This document shows, in pieces, positions 1 to 8,295 of a stretch of 64,000 nucleotides of DNA; the stretch's first letter is position 1, and every line of letters begins with the position of its first letter. The translations under genes and the position numbers were made by a program. This stretch comes from an uncultured Collinsella sp. (lineage in GTDB: Bacteria > Actinomycetota > Coriobacteriia > Coriobacteriales > Coriobacteriaceae). The stretch spans positions 2,531 to 66,530 of the forward strand of contig CABUDQ010000001.1 of NCBI GenBank assembly GCA_902490365.1. Reading direction: 5' to 3'. The notes under the pieces were generated by a model that worked only from the letters and a program-made list of their open reading frames with translations, did not search any database and was not told the DNA's origin.

Positions 1-366
1 GTCACCGATACCGGAAAGCGGACCCATAAGGGAGGTCTTGACCGCGTTGATTGAATCGGGGTCGAAGTTCTCGGGATCCTTGGCGTACTCCTCCTCCATG
101 GAGGCGGTGAGGCCTAGGATAAAGGCGCTCGTCTGCGGAGTGCAGTTGTAGAACGCCATGTGACGGTGGTAAGCCTCTTTCTTAGCAGCGAGCTGCTTGG
201 GGTCGGACTCATCCGGATAGAGGCGATCGAGCGTGGGAACCATGCCGTAGAGGAAGCCCATGTTCATCTGACGCTCGTAGTTCCAAGAGGCCTGGATGGC
301 CCAGGAGCGCCAGAAGAACTGGCTGACCTTCTTGTTCAGGGACACGTCCTTGGTTGCGGTTGCCAT
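1..366 (-). CDS. PTS mannose/fructose/sorbose family IID component (N-terminal part; runs off the window)
   Basis: Manual translation from the ATG at 366 (RBS AGGAGG): MATATKDVSLNKKVSQFFWRSWAIQASWNYERQMNMGF...KTSLMGPLSGIGD, which carries the typical EIID motifs (WNYER; MGPLxGIGD). Confidence 0.9.
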   Translation of the reverse strand, partial: MATATKDVSLNKKVSQFFWRSWAIQASWNYERQMNMGFLYGMVPTLDRLYPDESDPKQLAAKKEAYHRHMAFYNCTPQTSAFILGLTASMEEEYAKDPENFDPDSINAVKTSLMGPLSGIGD

Positions 367-379
367 AGTGTGTTCCTCC

Positions 380-1174
380 TTAGTCTTCGTCGTCTTCGAG
401 CGGATCGTAGTCGGAATCGACACCGGCGGCTGCATGGGAACCGTTGAACTTGAAGCCCATGAAGACGACAGCCAGGCACACACCGATCAGAGCGACCGCG
501 ATGACGGACAGGTTGAGGTAAGCGGCGAGCAGGAAACCGATGAACAGGAACGGAGTCATACCCTTCTTGATCATCATGGTGAGCAGCAGGGCCAAGCCGT
601 AGGCGGTCATGATCTTGGTCGAAACGTTCAGACCAGTGGACAGCCACTCGGGAACCATGTTGACGATGGCCTGGACCAGGTCGGTACCGACAAAGACGGC
701 CAGGAAGATCGGCAGGAAGTACATGATGGCGTACAGACCGGAGCCAGCGCAGATGTGCATACGGTAGGCGGTCTTGAACTTTCCGTTATCGATCGCGCTA
801 TCTGCCACATGGGTGAGGGCGGCGATGATGGAACGGAACACGATGCCGAGGAGCTGACCCAGGACGGCGACCGGGATGGCGATCGTCATGGCGGTCTCGG
901 CGGAAGCATCGGTCAGGCACGCGAAGGCAGCGGCCACGATGCCGCCCAGGACCATATCGGGCGGAACGGCGGCGCCGACCTGCACCAGGCCCATGGACAC
1001 GAGCTCGACGGCGGCACCGACGGCAAGGCCGGTGGGCACATCGCCCAGCAGCAGACCGACGAGCGTAGCGCCAACGAGGGGCTGCTCGAAGTTAAGACGG
1101 CCGAGCAGGCGGGAGTCCCACATGCAGAACACGCCGACGAGGCCGACAAGCACCGCACTGATGAACGTATTCAT
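380..1174 (-). CDS. PTS mannose-family IIC component
   Basis: Hydrophobic 264 aa with QPLVGATLVGLLLGD and GAAVPPD EIIC motifs; lies between IIAB and IID. Confidence 0.92.
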   Translation of the reverse strand: MNTFISAVLVGLVGVFCMWDSRLLGRLNFEQPLVGATLVGLLLGDVPTGLAVGAAVELVSMGLVQVGAAVPPDMVLGGIVAAAFACLTDASAETAMTIAIPVAVLGQLLGIVFRSIIAALTHVADSAIDNGKFKTAYRMHICAGSGLYAIMYFLPIFLAVFVGTDLVQAIVNMVPEWLSTGLNVSTKIMTAYGLALLLTMMIKKGMTPFLFIGFLLAAYLNLSVIAVALIGVCLAVVFMGFKFNGSHAAAGVDSDYDPLEDDED

Positions 1175-1210
1175 ACCCTTCTCCTTTCAGTCAGGCAAAA
1201 GCCTGGTTGA

Positions 1211-2134
1211 TTACAGCTTGGCGTCGATGTCGACGCTCTGATACGTAGGGGTCTGCTGGACGTAGAGCTTGATGCCCATGTCGAGCAGCTGGTTGACGTC
1301 GGCCTTCTGGGTGGCGTCGAAGAAGACGGAACTGTCCTTGCCGCCGACCTGATCGGCACCGTCGTGGTTGGCGGTGGCGCCCAGGTTGATGGCGTCGAGC
1401 TTGTAGCCCTGGCAGAACTGCAGCATCTCGGCCGTGTTGCCAAAGACGAACATGACGCGCTCGCCAAGGGTGTTGAGCTTGTCCATCTTGGCGAGGGCAC
1501 GCTCGACGGTGAAGACGTTCAGGCGCACGCCCTGGGGCTTGGCCAGCTTAAGAGCGCCCTTCTTGATGTCATCGTTGGCGGCAGCGTTGTCGACGACGAT
1601 GATGCGCTCGGCCTGGACCTTGGTGGTCCAGGTAAAGACGACCTGGCCGTGCAGCAGACGGTAGTCAAGACGTGCGAGGACGATCTTGGCAGGGCCGGAG
1701 CTGTGACGGGGCGCCTTGGCCTTCTTGGCGGGAGCCGCGGCGACCTCAACCGGTGCGTTGGGGTTGGTCAGACCGGTGCGGGCCTCGTTGATGAGGGCCG
1801 CGAGCTCGGCGCCCTTGATGGGGGTGGGGCTCATAGCAAGCGTCAGTGCCAGCGGGATGTTGAAACCGCTGACAACCGTGAACTTCGTGCCATTCTTGGA
1901 AAGCTCGACCATGTTGTTGTTGACCGAGCTACCGAGCATATCGGTTAGCACATACACGGTGTCGTCCGCGTTGAACGTGGCGATCATAGCCTCAACCTTA
2001 TTGGTGATGGGCTCCTTGTCGTCACGAGCAAGCGACACGACGTGGACGTTCGACACGTCGCCGAGAACCATCTCGAGCGTGTCTTTGGCGCCTGCGGCCA
2101 GGCCGCCATGAGATGCGAGAATGATCTGATTCAT
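1211..2134 (-). CDS. PTS mannose-family fused IIA-IIB component
   Basis: N-terminal ASHG and D-x-x-G-S (IIA), Ala/Pro/Lys linker, RLDYRLLHGQV (IIB phospho-His); strong RBS. Confidence 0.92.
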   Translation of the reverse strand: MNQIILASHGGLAAGAKDTLEMVLGDVSNVHVVSLARDDKEPITNKVEAMIATFNADDTVYVLTDMLGSSVNNNMVELSKNGTKFTVVSGFNIPLALTLAMSPTPIKGAELAALINEARTGLTNPNAPVEVAAAPAKKAKAPRHSSGPAKIVLARLDYRLLHGQVVFTWTTKVQAERIIVVDNAAANDDIKKGALKLAKPQGVRLNVFTVERALAKMDKLNTLGERVMFVFGNTAEMLQFCQGYKLDAINLGATANHDGADQVGGKDSSVFFDATQKADVNQLLDMGIKLYVQQTPTYQSVDIDAKL

Positions 2135-2150
2135 CTTGCCTCCTCCTTTT

Positions 2151-2177
2151 CGTTATGGTCATTATAACGTCTTATAC
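2151..2177 (-). promoter_or_regulatory. PTS operon -10 (TATAAT on the - strand) with an overlapping candidate GntR operator
   Basis: CGTTATGGTCATTATA matches CGTTATAGTCGTTATA at 3441-3456 in 14/16 positions; GTCTTATAC at 2169-2177 resembles the GTTnnATAC motif repeated in the locus. Confidence 0.5.
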
Positions 2178-2317
2178 GTTGCGGATATTGCTAATTAGTA
2201 TAAAGACCGTTCGCGGGTGAAAATCGACCGTTGACGGGTTTAACGTACTTGAAACGTTGGGGCTGGGCAGGCCGGCACTGGCGGGATAACCCCAAGTCGG
2301 ACCCTGCGCGCAATCCC

Positions 2318-3400
2318 CTATCGCACAAAGTACCAGGGGCTTTCCTGCACGGTGGGCTCCAGCGCGATGCCGGTGCGCTCCTTAAACAGATCCATGTCCT
2401 GCGTTTTCTCCGTCCACCACGCGTTGGGCTTAAAGGTCATGCTCTCAGCGACATGACCGACAAATACACTGTTGCGCAGCTTGGAGAAGTCGGCGTTCAT
2501 AATCAGGATGGACATGAGCACCAGCACAATACCCAGGACCTTGATCGCGCCGGCGGACTCGGCATAGACACCAATGCCCACCAGTACGGTGACGACCGTC
2601 TCAAAAGACATTACGACGGGAACTTTCGATGTCTCGAGCCCCATGGACAGACCCTGCATATATAAGATGTAAGCCACGGCTGTGGGGATGAGTCCAAAGC
2701 CAAGGAAGAGCAGCAGCAGCTGTGGCGACATTGCCGCGGCGACATCCGGCCACGGAGCCGCGATAGCCGCCATAACCGCACCGCCAAAAACAAGGCCCCA
2801 AAACGTGACAGCCAGCGGGTGGACCGTCTTGGTTGCTATCCGGCTAAACACCGCGAGCGACGCCCCACAAAAGCCTGCAATCACGCCCGACGTGACGCCC
2901 CAAACCGAAAAATGGAAACCGGAAAGGTCGCCATTAGTTACTGCAAGTACACAGCCCCCTATGTTAAAAGCGATGGCAACGAGCTTGTTGGGGGTCACGT
3001 CCTCGCGATAAAGCACGCGGCCGAGCACGACGCCAAACACCGGCGAGGTATAGAGCAGCACCGAGGCCGTGGACATGCCCACCTCGCCCATACACTCGTA
3101 ATAGCAAGTGTTGGCGGCGGCCAAACCGACGATACCGACAAGCGCGCAGGAAACAAGCTCTTTAGGGCTTGCCTTGAACAGGGCCAGCGGACCCTGAGCC
3201 ACGGTAGACCCCTCACCCGAACGGCAGCCCATAAACATCAGGACCGGCGCCAAGATAAGCGCTCCGACCAACAAGCGAAAGGCAGCCATACTCTGGGACG
3301 TAACGCCCATGGCCGAGATGCCGTTTACAAAGATTCCGATGCTGCCCCACATAAGCGCGGCGATCAGCACCAGCACATAGCCCAGATTGCTTCTCTTCAA
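2318..3400 (-). CDS. EamA/DMT family transporter
   Basis: About 10 TM segments in two EamA repeats (AALMWG..., LLYTSP, FETV). The TTG start at 3400 was chosen for its GAGGAGG RBS; the ORF track starts at 3436. Confidence 0.85.
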   Translation of the reverse strand: MKRSNLGYVLVLIAALMWGSIGIFVNGISAMGVTSQSMAAFRLLVGALILAPVLMFMGCRSGEGSTVAQGPLALFKASPKELVSCALVGIVGLAAANTCYYECMGEVGMSTASVLLYTSPVFGVVLGRVLYREDVTPNKLVAIAFNIGGCVLAVTNGDLSGFHFSVWGVTSGVIAGFCGASLAVFSRIATKTVHPLAVTFWGLVFGGAVMAAIAAPWPDVAAAMSPQLLLLFLGFGLIPTAVAYILYMQGLSMGLETSKVPVVMSFETVVTVLVGIGVYAESAGAIKVLGIVLVLMSILIMNADFSKLRNSVFVGHVAESMTFKPNAWWTEKTQDMDLFKERTGIALEPTVQESPWYFVR

Positions 3401-3666
3401 CGTGGCCTCCTCGGTATTGTTTCCAATATGTTTCACACTACGTTATAGTCGTTATATACATTTTTCAAGGCACAAATCGCCAAACGGGGAATCTCTAGAC
3501 AAAGGGAGTGTCCCGCCAGCCACGGTATCGTCGATGTTTTGGCAATGTCAGCGAAAACCCGCCAGAGCGAGCAAGGTGCCTTGAAGTGAGGCGGCATTGA
3601 CCTTCTGGTCATGCCGCCGAAGTTGAAAGGCAGATTGCCGCTCTGGCGGGTTTGCAGCGTCGAGCG

Positions 3667-3694
3667 GTTACGGCGTTTGGTAAAACGCCGTAAC
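3667..3694 (-). terminator. Hairpin immediately after the frlB-like stop codon
   Basis: GTTACGGCGTTT / AAACGCCGTAAC 12-bp inverted repeat; no clear U-tract. Confidence 0.45.
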
Positions 3695-4686
3695 TAATAC
3701 TCAAGCTTCCACATGTAACGGCGCGTCATGTAGTCCTTGTGGGTAACGGCAGAGAGAGCGCGCATGTACACGTTGTTGAGAATCGGGGCAAAGATCAGGT
3801 GGTTGAAGTACTCGCTCACGCTGTCCTTGATGTCGTTGAGGCCGAGCTCCTTGGCGTCGAGCTGATAGACGCGCTCGCCACCGTACTGGTTGACGAAGCG
3901 GATGCCGCGCTCGTCATTGCAGCGGCTGCGGCCGACGCTGATGAGCTGGAACAGCGAGGTGCGCTTGTCCAGAATCTCGAAGGGGCCGTGGAAGAAGTCG
4001 CAGGTGTTGATGGTGCAGGAGTCGATCTGCAGCATCTCCTGCACGTTGCAGATGCTAAAGACGTAGGCGGCACCAAAGAGCGGGCCCTGGGCCATGACGT
4101 TGATGCAGGGCTTGTCGGCGTTCTGCTCGGCCCACTTAGCAGCGAGCGGACGGGTGTACTCGACGGCCTTGCGATAGATGGGGTCGACCAAGTCGAACGC
4201 GGCCATAGCGGTCTCGTACTCGGCATAGCCCTCGGTCTGCTGCGTGAGCTCCATGGCGATCATGGTCACGACGGCGGAGTTGGTGCGGCCCATGCAAGAC
4301 TCGTCAACGGCCAAGCTGTCGTACTGGATCTTGTAGTCGCAGACCTCGGTGAGGCCGGACTCGTCAACATAGATGGCGATGGTGCTGGCGCCGTGGTCCT
4401 TGGCGACCTGGGCGGCGACGATGGTCTCCTTGGTGCCGCGCATGGACACGACGACGGCCAGGGTGTTCTCGTTGACGTAGGCCGGGGTGGCGTGCACAAA
4501 CTCGTTGCTGGTGTAGCTGGAGCTCACGACCTGCGTGGCCTCGTGCTCCATAAAGTACTGGGCAGGATAGTTACCACCGTTAGATCCGCCGGCGCCGATC
4601 CACACAACGCGCTTGATGCCGCCCTTGTCTGCCTTGTCAGCCAAAACCTGGGAGACGACATCCTTAACCTGTTCCTGAGTAGTCAT
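3694..4686 (-). CDS. frlB: SIS-domain sugar-phosphate deglycase (fructoselysine-6-phosphate deglycase-like)
   Basis: GAGGS, SMRGTKET and FFHGPFE motifs and the C-terminal RRYMWKLEY, typical of the FrlB family; PTS and GntR context. Confidence 0.82.
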   Translation of the reverse strand: MTTQEQVKDVVSQVLADKADKGGIKRVVWIGAGGSNGGNYPAQYFMEHEATQVVSSSYTSNEFVHATPAYVNENTLAVVVSMRGTKETIVAAQVAKDHGASTIAIYVDESGLTEVCDYKIQYDSLAVDESCMGRTNSAVVTMIAMELTQQTEGYAEYETAMAAFDLVDPIYRKAVEYTRPLAAKWAEQNADKPCINVMAQGPLFGAAYVFSICNVQEMLQIDSCTINTCDFFHGPFEILDKRTSLFQLISVGRSRCNDERGIRFVNQYGGERVYQLDAKELGLNDIKDSVSEYFNHLIFAPILNNVYMRALSAVTHKDYMTRRYMWKLEY

Positions 4687-4732
4687 CGTGCATCAGCCTT
4701 TCTTCTCGTTTGATGCTCTTGATGGCATACAA

Positions 4733-4880
4733 GTTACATACATGTTTTGGTTATGTCGACTAGTTGTATGCTATATTTGTCTTAGATATTTTGCTGGTAA
4801 AGTTTTCGGCAATCCATTATCAGCGGTTTTGTTATCATGTTGGATACATGCTTGGTTCAGTAAGCATACAGGTTAGATAC
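4733..4880. promoter_or_regulatory. Divergent frlB/gntR promoter region with three GTTnnATAC boxes
   Basis: GTTACATAC 4733-4741, GTTGGATAC 4839-4847, GTTAGATAC 4872-4880 in AT-rich intergenic DNA; GT...AC symmetry is typical of HutC-type GntR operators. Confidence 0.5.
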
Positions 4881-4891
4881 AGGTTGTTCGC

Positions 4892-5614
4892 ATGAGCACT
4901 TCGTCGAAAAAGAACTTGGCCCAATACGAGCGTCTGGCGGGTACGCTGCGTGACCGCATCGCCGCCGGCATCTACGCGTGCGGAGACAAGCTGCCGTCCG
5001 AGATGGAGCTCATGGGCGAATCGGGCCTGTCGCGCAGCACTGTGCGTCACGCGCTTAAGGTGCTTGTTGACGAGGGCCTGGTTCGCACCGAGCGCGGACG
5101 CGGCGCCTTTGTGGCTGACACGCCGGCGCTCCACGAGAACAACCTGGTGTTTTCGAGCTATACCAAGCAGGTCGAAGGCCAGGGTATGAAGCCCACCACG
5201 CGCACGGTGGACTCGGGCTTTGCCAAAGCAATGGGCAGCGTGGCCAAGTTCTTTGACGCTAGCGTGGGCAGCAAGCTTGTCAAACTTGTCCGCCTGCGTT
5301 ACCTGGACGATGCGCCACTGTGCCTGGAGACCACCTATTTGCCGCCAAGCTTTGGGTCGCTCATCGATCGCGATATCAACGGTTCGCTCTACGCCACGCT
5401 GCGCCAGGAGTTCCATCGTGCGCCGGCGCAGGGGCATAAGACCTTTGAGGTGTGCTATGCCTCGCAAAACGAGGCGTTTTTGCTCAACGTTGAGCGCGGG
5501 CAGGCGCTGATCCTGATCACCGACTACGTCTACGACACCGACGGTCGCCCGCTCCATGTCTCCAAGCGCATCCAACGTACCGACCGCGCCAAATACACCG
5601 AGCCCATCGGCTAA
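4892..5614 (+). CDS. GntR family (HutC/FrlR-like) regulator with UTRA domain
   Basis: LPSEMEL...SRSTVRHAL...GRGAFV winged HTH plus C-terminal UTRA-like RLRYLDDAP; divergent from frlB. Confidence 0.9.
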   Translation: MSTSSKKNLAQYERLAGTLRDRIAAGIYACGDKLPSEMELMGESGLSRSTVRHALKVLVDEGLVRTERGRGAFVADTPALHENNLVFSSYTKQVEGQGMKPTTRTVDSGFAKAMGSVAKFFDASVGSKLVKLVRLRYLDDAPLCLETTYLPPSFGSLIDRDINGSLYATLRQEFHRAPAQGHKTFEVCYASQNEAFLLNVERGQALILITDYVYDTDGRPLHVSKRIQRTDRAKYTEPIG

Positions 5615-5649
5615 CCTGCCAAAATAAACCTGTCCCTAAATGGTAGGTT
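5613..5649 (+). repeat. REP-like unit (stem, 19-nt GTCCC loop, stem)
   Basis: AACCTGCCA-AAATAAACCTGTCCCTAAA-TGGTAGGTT between convergent gntR and GNAT stops; same geometry as the units at 35682-36070 and 43587. Confidence 0.6.
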
Positions 5650-6226
5650 TGGGGAGATCGGGGAACCAGGTTGGTTTGGGTTGGTTGGGCGTGCGCTCGG
5701 CCAGGACCAGCTCCATCCAACACATGTCGTACCAGCGGCCGAACTTTTGCGCGCAGCGGTCGAAGGCGCCCACCAGGCGGTATCCCATGTGGGCATGGAA
5801 ATCCTGGCTGTTGTGCGTCAGATACTCGTCGTCCTTATCGTGCGGCACGGCGATGAGCGCGCACATGCTGGTGATGCCCATCGCGACCAAGCATTGCTTG
5901 AGCGCGTCGTGCAGCCTGCGGCCCAGCCCGCCGTGGCGCACGTCGCGCGCCAGATAGATCGACGTCTCGACCGACCAGTCATAGGCCTCGCGGCTGTTAA
6001 GCGCGCTCACATAGGCATAGCCCACTGGGTGCCCGTCCAGCTCCATCACCAAATACGGGTAGCGCTTGAGCGTACGCTCGATGCGCCCGGCGAACTCCTC
6101 AACGCTCGGCACCTCGTATTCGCAGGTTATCGCCGTCTCGCGTACATACGGCTCATAGATGGCAAGCAGCGCCGGCGCATCATCGGGCGTCGCCAGGCGA
6201 ATTGTCGGCTCGGACATCTCGGGCAT
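5636..6226 (-). CDS. GNAT N-acetyltransferase (phosphinothricin acetyltransferase/YncA-like)
   Basis: IRLATPDDAPALLAIY, ETSIYL, GLGRRL, KFGRWYD motifs; start at MPEMSE after a GGGGAGGGG RBS. Confidence 0.85.
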   Translation of the reverse strand: MPEMSEPTIRLATPDDAPALLAIYEPYVRETAITCEYEVPSVEEFAGRIERTLKRYPYLVMELDGHPVGYAYVSALNSREAYDWSVETSIYLARDVRHGGLGRRLHDALKQCLVAMGITSMCALIAVPHDKDDEYLTHNSQDFHAHMGYRLVGAFDRCAQKFGRWYDMCWMELVLAERTPNQPKPTWFPDLPKPTI

Positions 6227-6304
6227 ACAGCCCCTCCCCCACAAAAGCAAAGGCCGCCCTGCGCCAAACCCAGGCGTAGGGCGGCCCCTCGTCATTACAT
6301 CAAG

Positions 6305-7330
6305 CTACAGGACAGCCGCCAGCGCGTCGATGTCCTCCTGCGTCGTGGCCCAGCTGGTGCAAAAGCGCACCACGGTGTGGGTCTCGTCGTACTTTTCCCA
6401 ATACTCGATCGCGGCATGCTCGCGAATGCGCGCCATGTCCTCGTTGGGCAGAATCACAAACTGCTGGTTTGTGGGCGTCTCCAAGAAGAACTGGTAGCCG
6501 CGCTCGTGCAGCACGCGACGAAGCGCCTGCACGGTTTCGATCGCCTGGCGACCAATCTCAAAATACAGGCCATCGGTAAAGAGCGCCTCAAACTGCACGC
6601 CCGTCAGGCGGCCCTTGGCCAGCAACGCACCGTGCTGCTTAATGCGCGGAATGGGATGCGCCGGAGCGTGCATGCCGCAAAACACCACGGCCTCGCCGCA
6701 CAGAGCGCCGCACTTGGTGCCGCCGATGTAGAACACGTCGCACAGCTGTGCCAGCTCGGGCAGGGTGATGTCGCACTCGTCGGCTGCCAGCGCATAGGCC
6801 AGGCGGGCACCGTCCACAAACAGCGGAATCTCGCGCTTCTGGCACACCGCATGAATTGCCGCGAGCTCGGCCTTGGAGTACAGCGTGCCGTACTCGGTCG
6901 ATAGGCTCACGTACACGGCGCCCGGGAACACCGTGTGCTCGTAGCTCTCGTTTTCGTAGAACACCTGGATATAGTTCTCGAGGTCCTCGGCGTGCATCTT
7001 GCCCTCGTAGCCGGGGATGGTGAGCACCTTGTGGCCGCCAAACTCGATGGCACCAGCCTCGTGGCAGGCGACGTGGCCGGTCTCGGCGGCAACGACGCCC
7101 TCGTAGGGCGCGAGCAGCATGTCGATCACCGTCGCGTTGGCCTGTGTGCCGCCTACCAGGAAAAACACGTCGGCATCGGGCGCCTGGCAGGCCTCACGGA
7201 TAAGCTGCTTGGCACGCTCGGTGTGTGCATCGGTACCGTAGCCGGGCTGCGGCTCCATATTGGTGTCGACGAGCGCTTGCAGCACTGCCGGATGTGCGCC
7301 GTGAGAATAATCGTTGTTAAACGCGAGCAT
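6305..7330 (-). CDS. ltaE: Low-specificity L-threonine aldolase (PLP)
   Basis: FNNDY, GYGTD, HEAGA, VDGARL, GGTK (PLP lysine), RFCTSWAT. Confidence 0.85.
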   Translation of the reverse strand: MLAFNNDYSHGAHPAVLQALVDTNMEPQPGYGTDAHTERAKQLIREACQAPDADVFFLVGGTQANATVIDMLLAPYEGVVAAETGHVACHEAGAIEFGGHKVLTIPGYEGKMHAEDLENYIQVFYENESYEHTVFPGAVYVSLSTEYGTLYSKAELAAIHAVCQKREIPLFVDGARLAYALAADECDITLPELAQLCDVFYIGGTKCGALCGEAVVFCGMHAPAHPIPRIKQHGALLAKGRLTGVQFEALFTDGLYFEIGRQAIETVQALRRVLHERGYQFFLETPTNQQFVILPNEDMARIREHAAIEYWEKYDETHTVVRFCTSWATTQEDIDALAAVL

Positions 7331-7375
7331 GGCAATCCTCTCTTACCGGGTATCGGCCAGATGATTCAGATGGGG

Positions 7376-8239
7376 CTATTGTACGCCGCCCGGATAAGCA
7401 ATGCGCGCGGCAAGACACTCGAGCGCCAGCACCAGGGCAAAGCCGCAGCTCACGTCACTCAAAAAATGCGCTCCGATCACGATACGGCCAAAGGCGACAA
7501 GCGCCGCGACCACAGCGGCGACCCAAAAGACCACGCGGCGGCGCGACGGCTTTTCCTTAAAGGTCGCCGCGGGAAGCCCGGCGAGCATAAGGCCGATCGC
7601 CGCGTGCGCGGTGTGCCCGCTTGCAAACGACTTGAAGCCGTCCTTGATCACGCCGGCGGCAATAAAGGCCCACTTGTCGGGGTTACCGATCACCCACCAC
7701 GGCTGAAAATTGAGCCCCGGCGTGACCTCGATCACGCGCATGCGCGGGCGCGACCACAGCGGCTTGACGATCACGTTGAGGATAATGGCCTGAGCGACCC
7801 ACACGGCAAGTACCATCAACGCCCAGCGCGTGAGCTCATCGGGCGCGGTGTCGCGCGTAAGGCGATAGGCAATAACGTTAACCGCAATGACCAGCACAAA
7901 CGTCAGCACCAGCTGAAACGCGATGAGCTTGCCGCCGACGCGCAGCGATCCGATAATCTCGTAGCCGACCAGACCCACGTTGATCAAAACGCCCAGCGCA
8001 GCGAGCCATTTGCTCCCCCTGGAATCGGGGCGTGCCGAGCGCACGAGCATAACGCCCGCGATGCTCGCCGTCAGCTCGAACGGCAGCTCGCCGGCCGCCT
8101 CGACAAAGCGACCGTACATGCTGCCGATGTTGAACAGCGCGCTCGAAATCTGATAGTCGAAGAAACTGCCCACGCCCAGACAAAGACACAGGACAACCGC
8201 GATAATGGCGACGTCTTTCTTATAGATGTATCCGAACAT
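7376..8239 (-). CDS. PAP2-family membrane phosphatase
   Basis: KPLWSRP (C1), SFASGH (C2), GRIVIGAHFLSDV (C3); multiple TM segments. Confidence 0.85.
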   Translation of the reverse strand: MFGYIYKKDVAIIAVVLCLCLGVGSFFDYQISSALFNIGSMYGRFVEAAGELPFELTASIAGVMLVRSARPDSRGSKWLAALGVLINVGLVGYEIIGSLRVGGKLIAFQLVLTFVLVIAVNVIAYRLTRDTAPDELTRWALMVLAVWVAQAIILNVIVKPLWSRPRMRVIEVTPGLNFQPWWVIGNPDKWAFIAAGVIKDGFKSFASGHTAHAAIGLMLAGLPAATFKEKPSRRRVVFWVAAVVAALVAFGRIVIGAHFLSDVSCGFALVLALECLAARIAYPGGVQ

Positions 8240-8295
8240 GCTTTCCTTTCGATGGAACCAGATTGCCCAAATGGGGCGTTTGCAGCGTCGACCCG

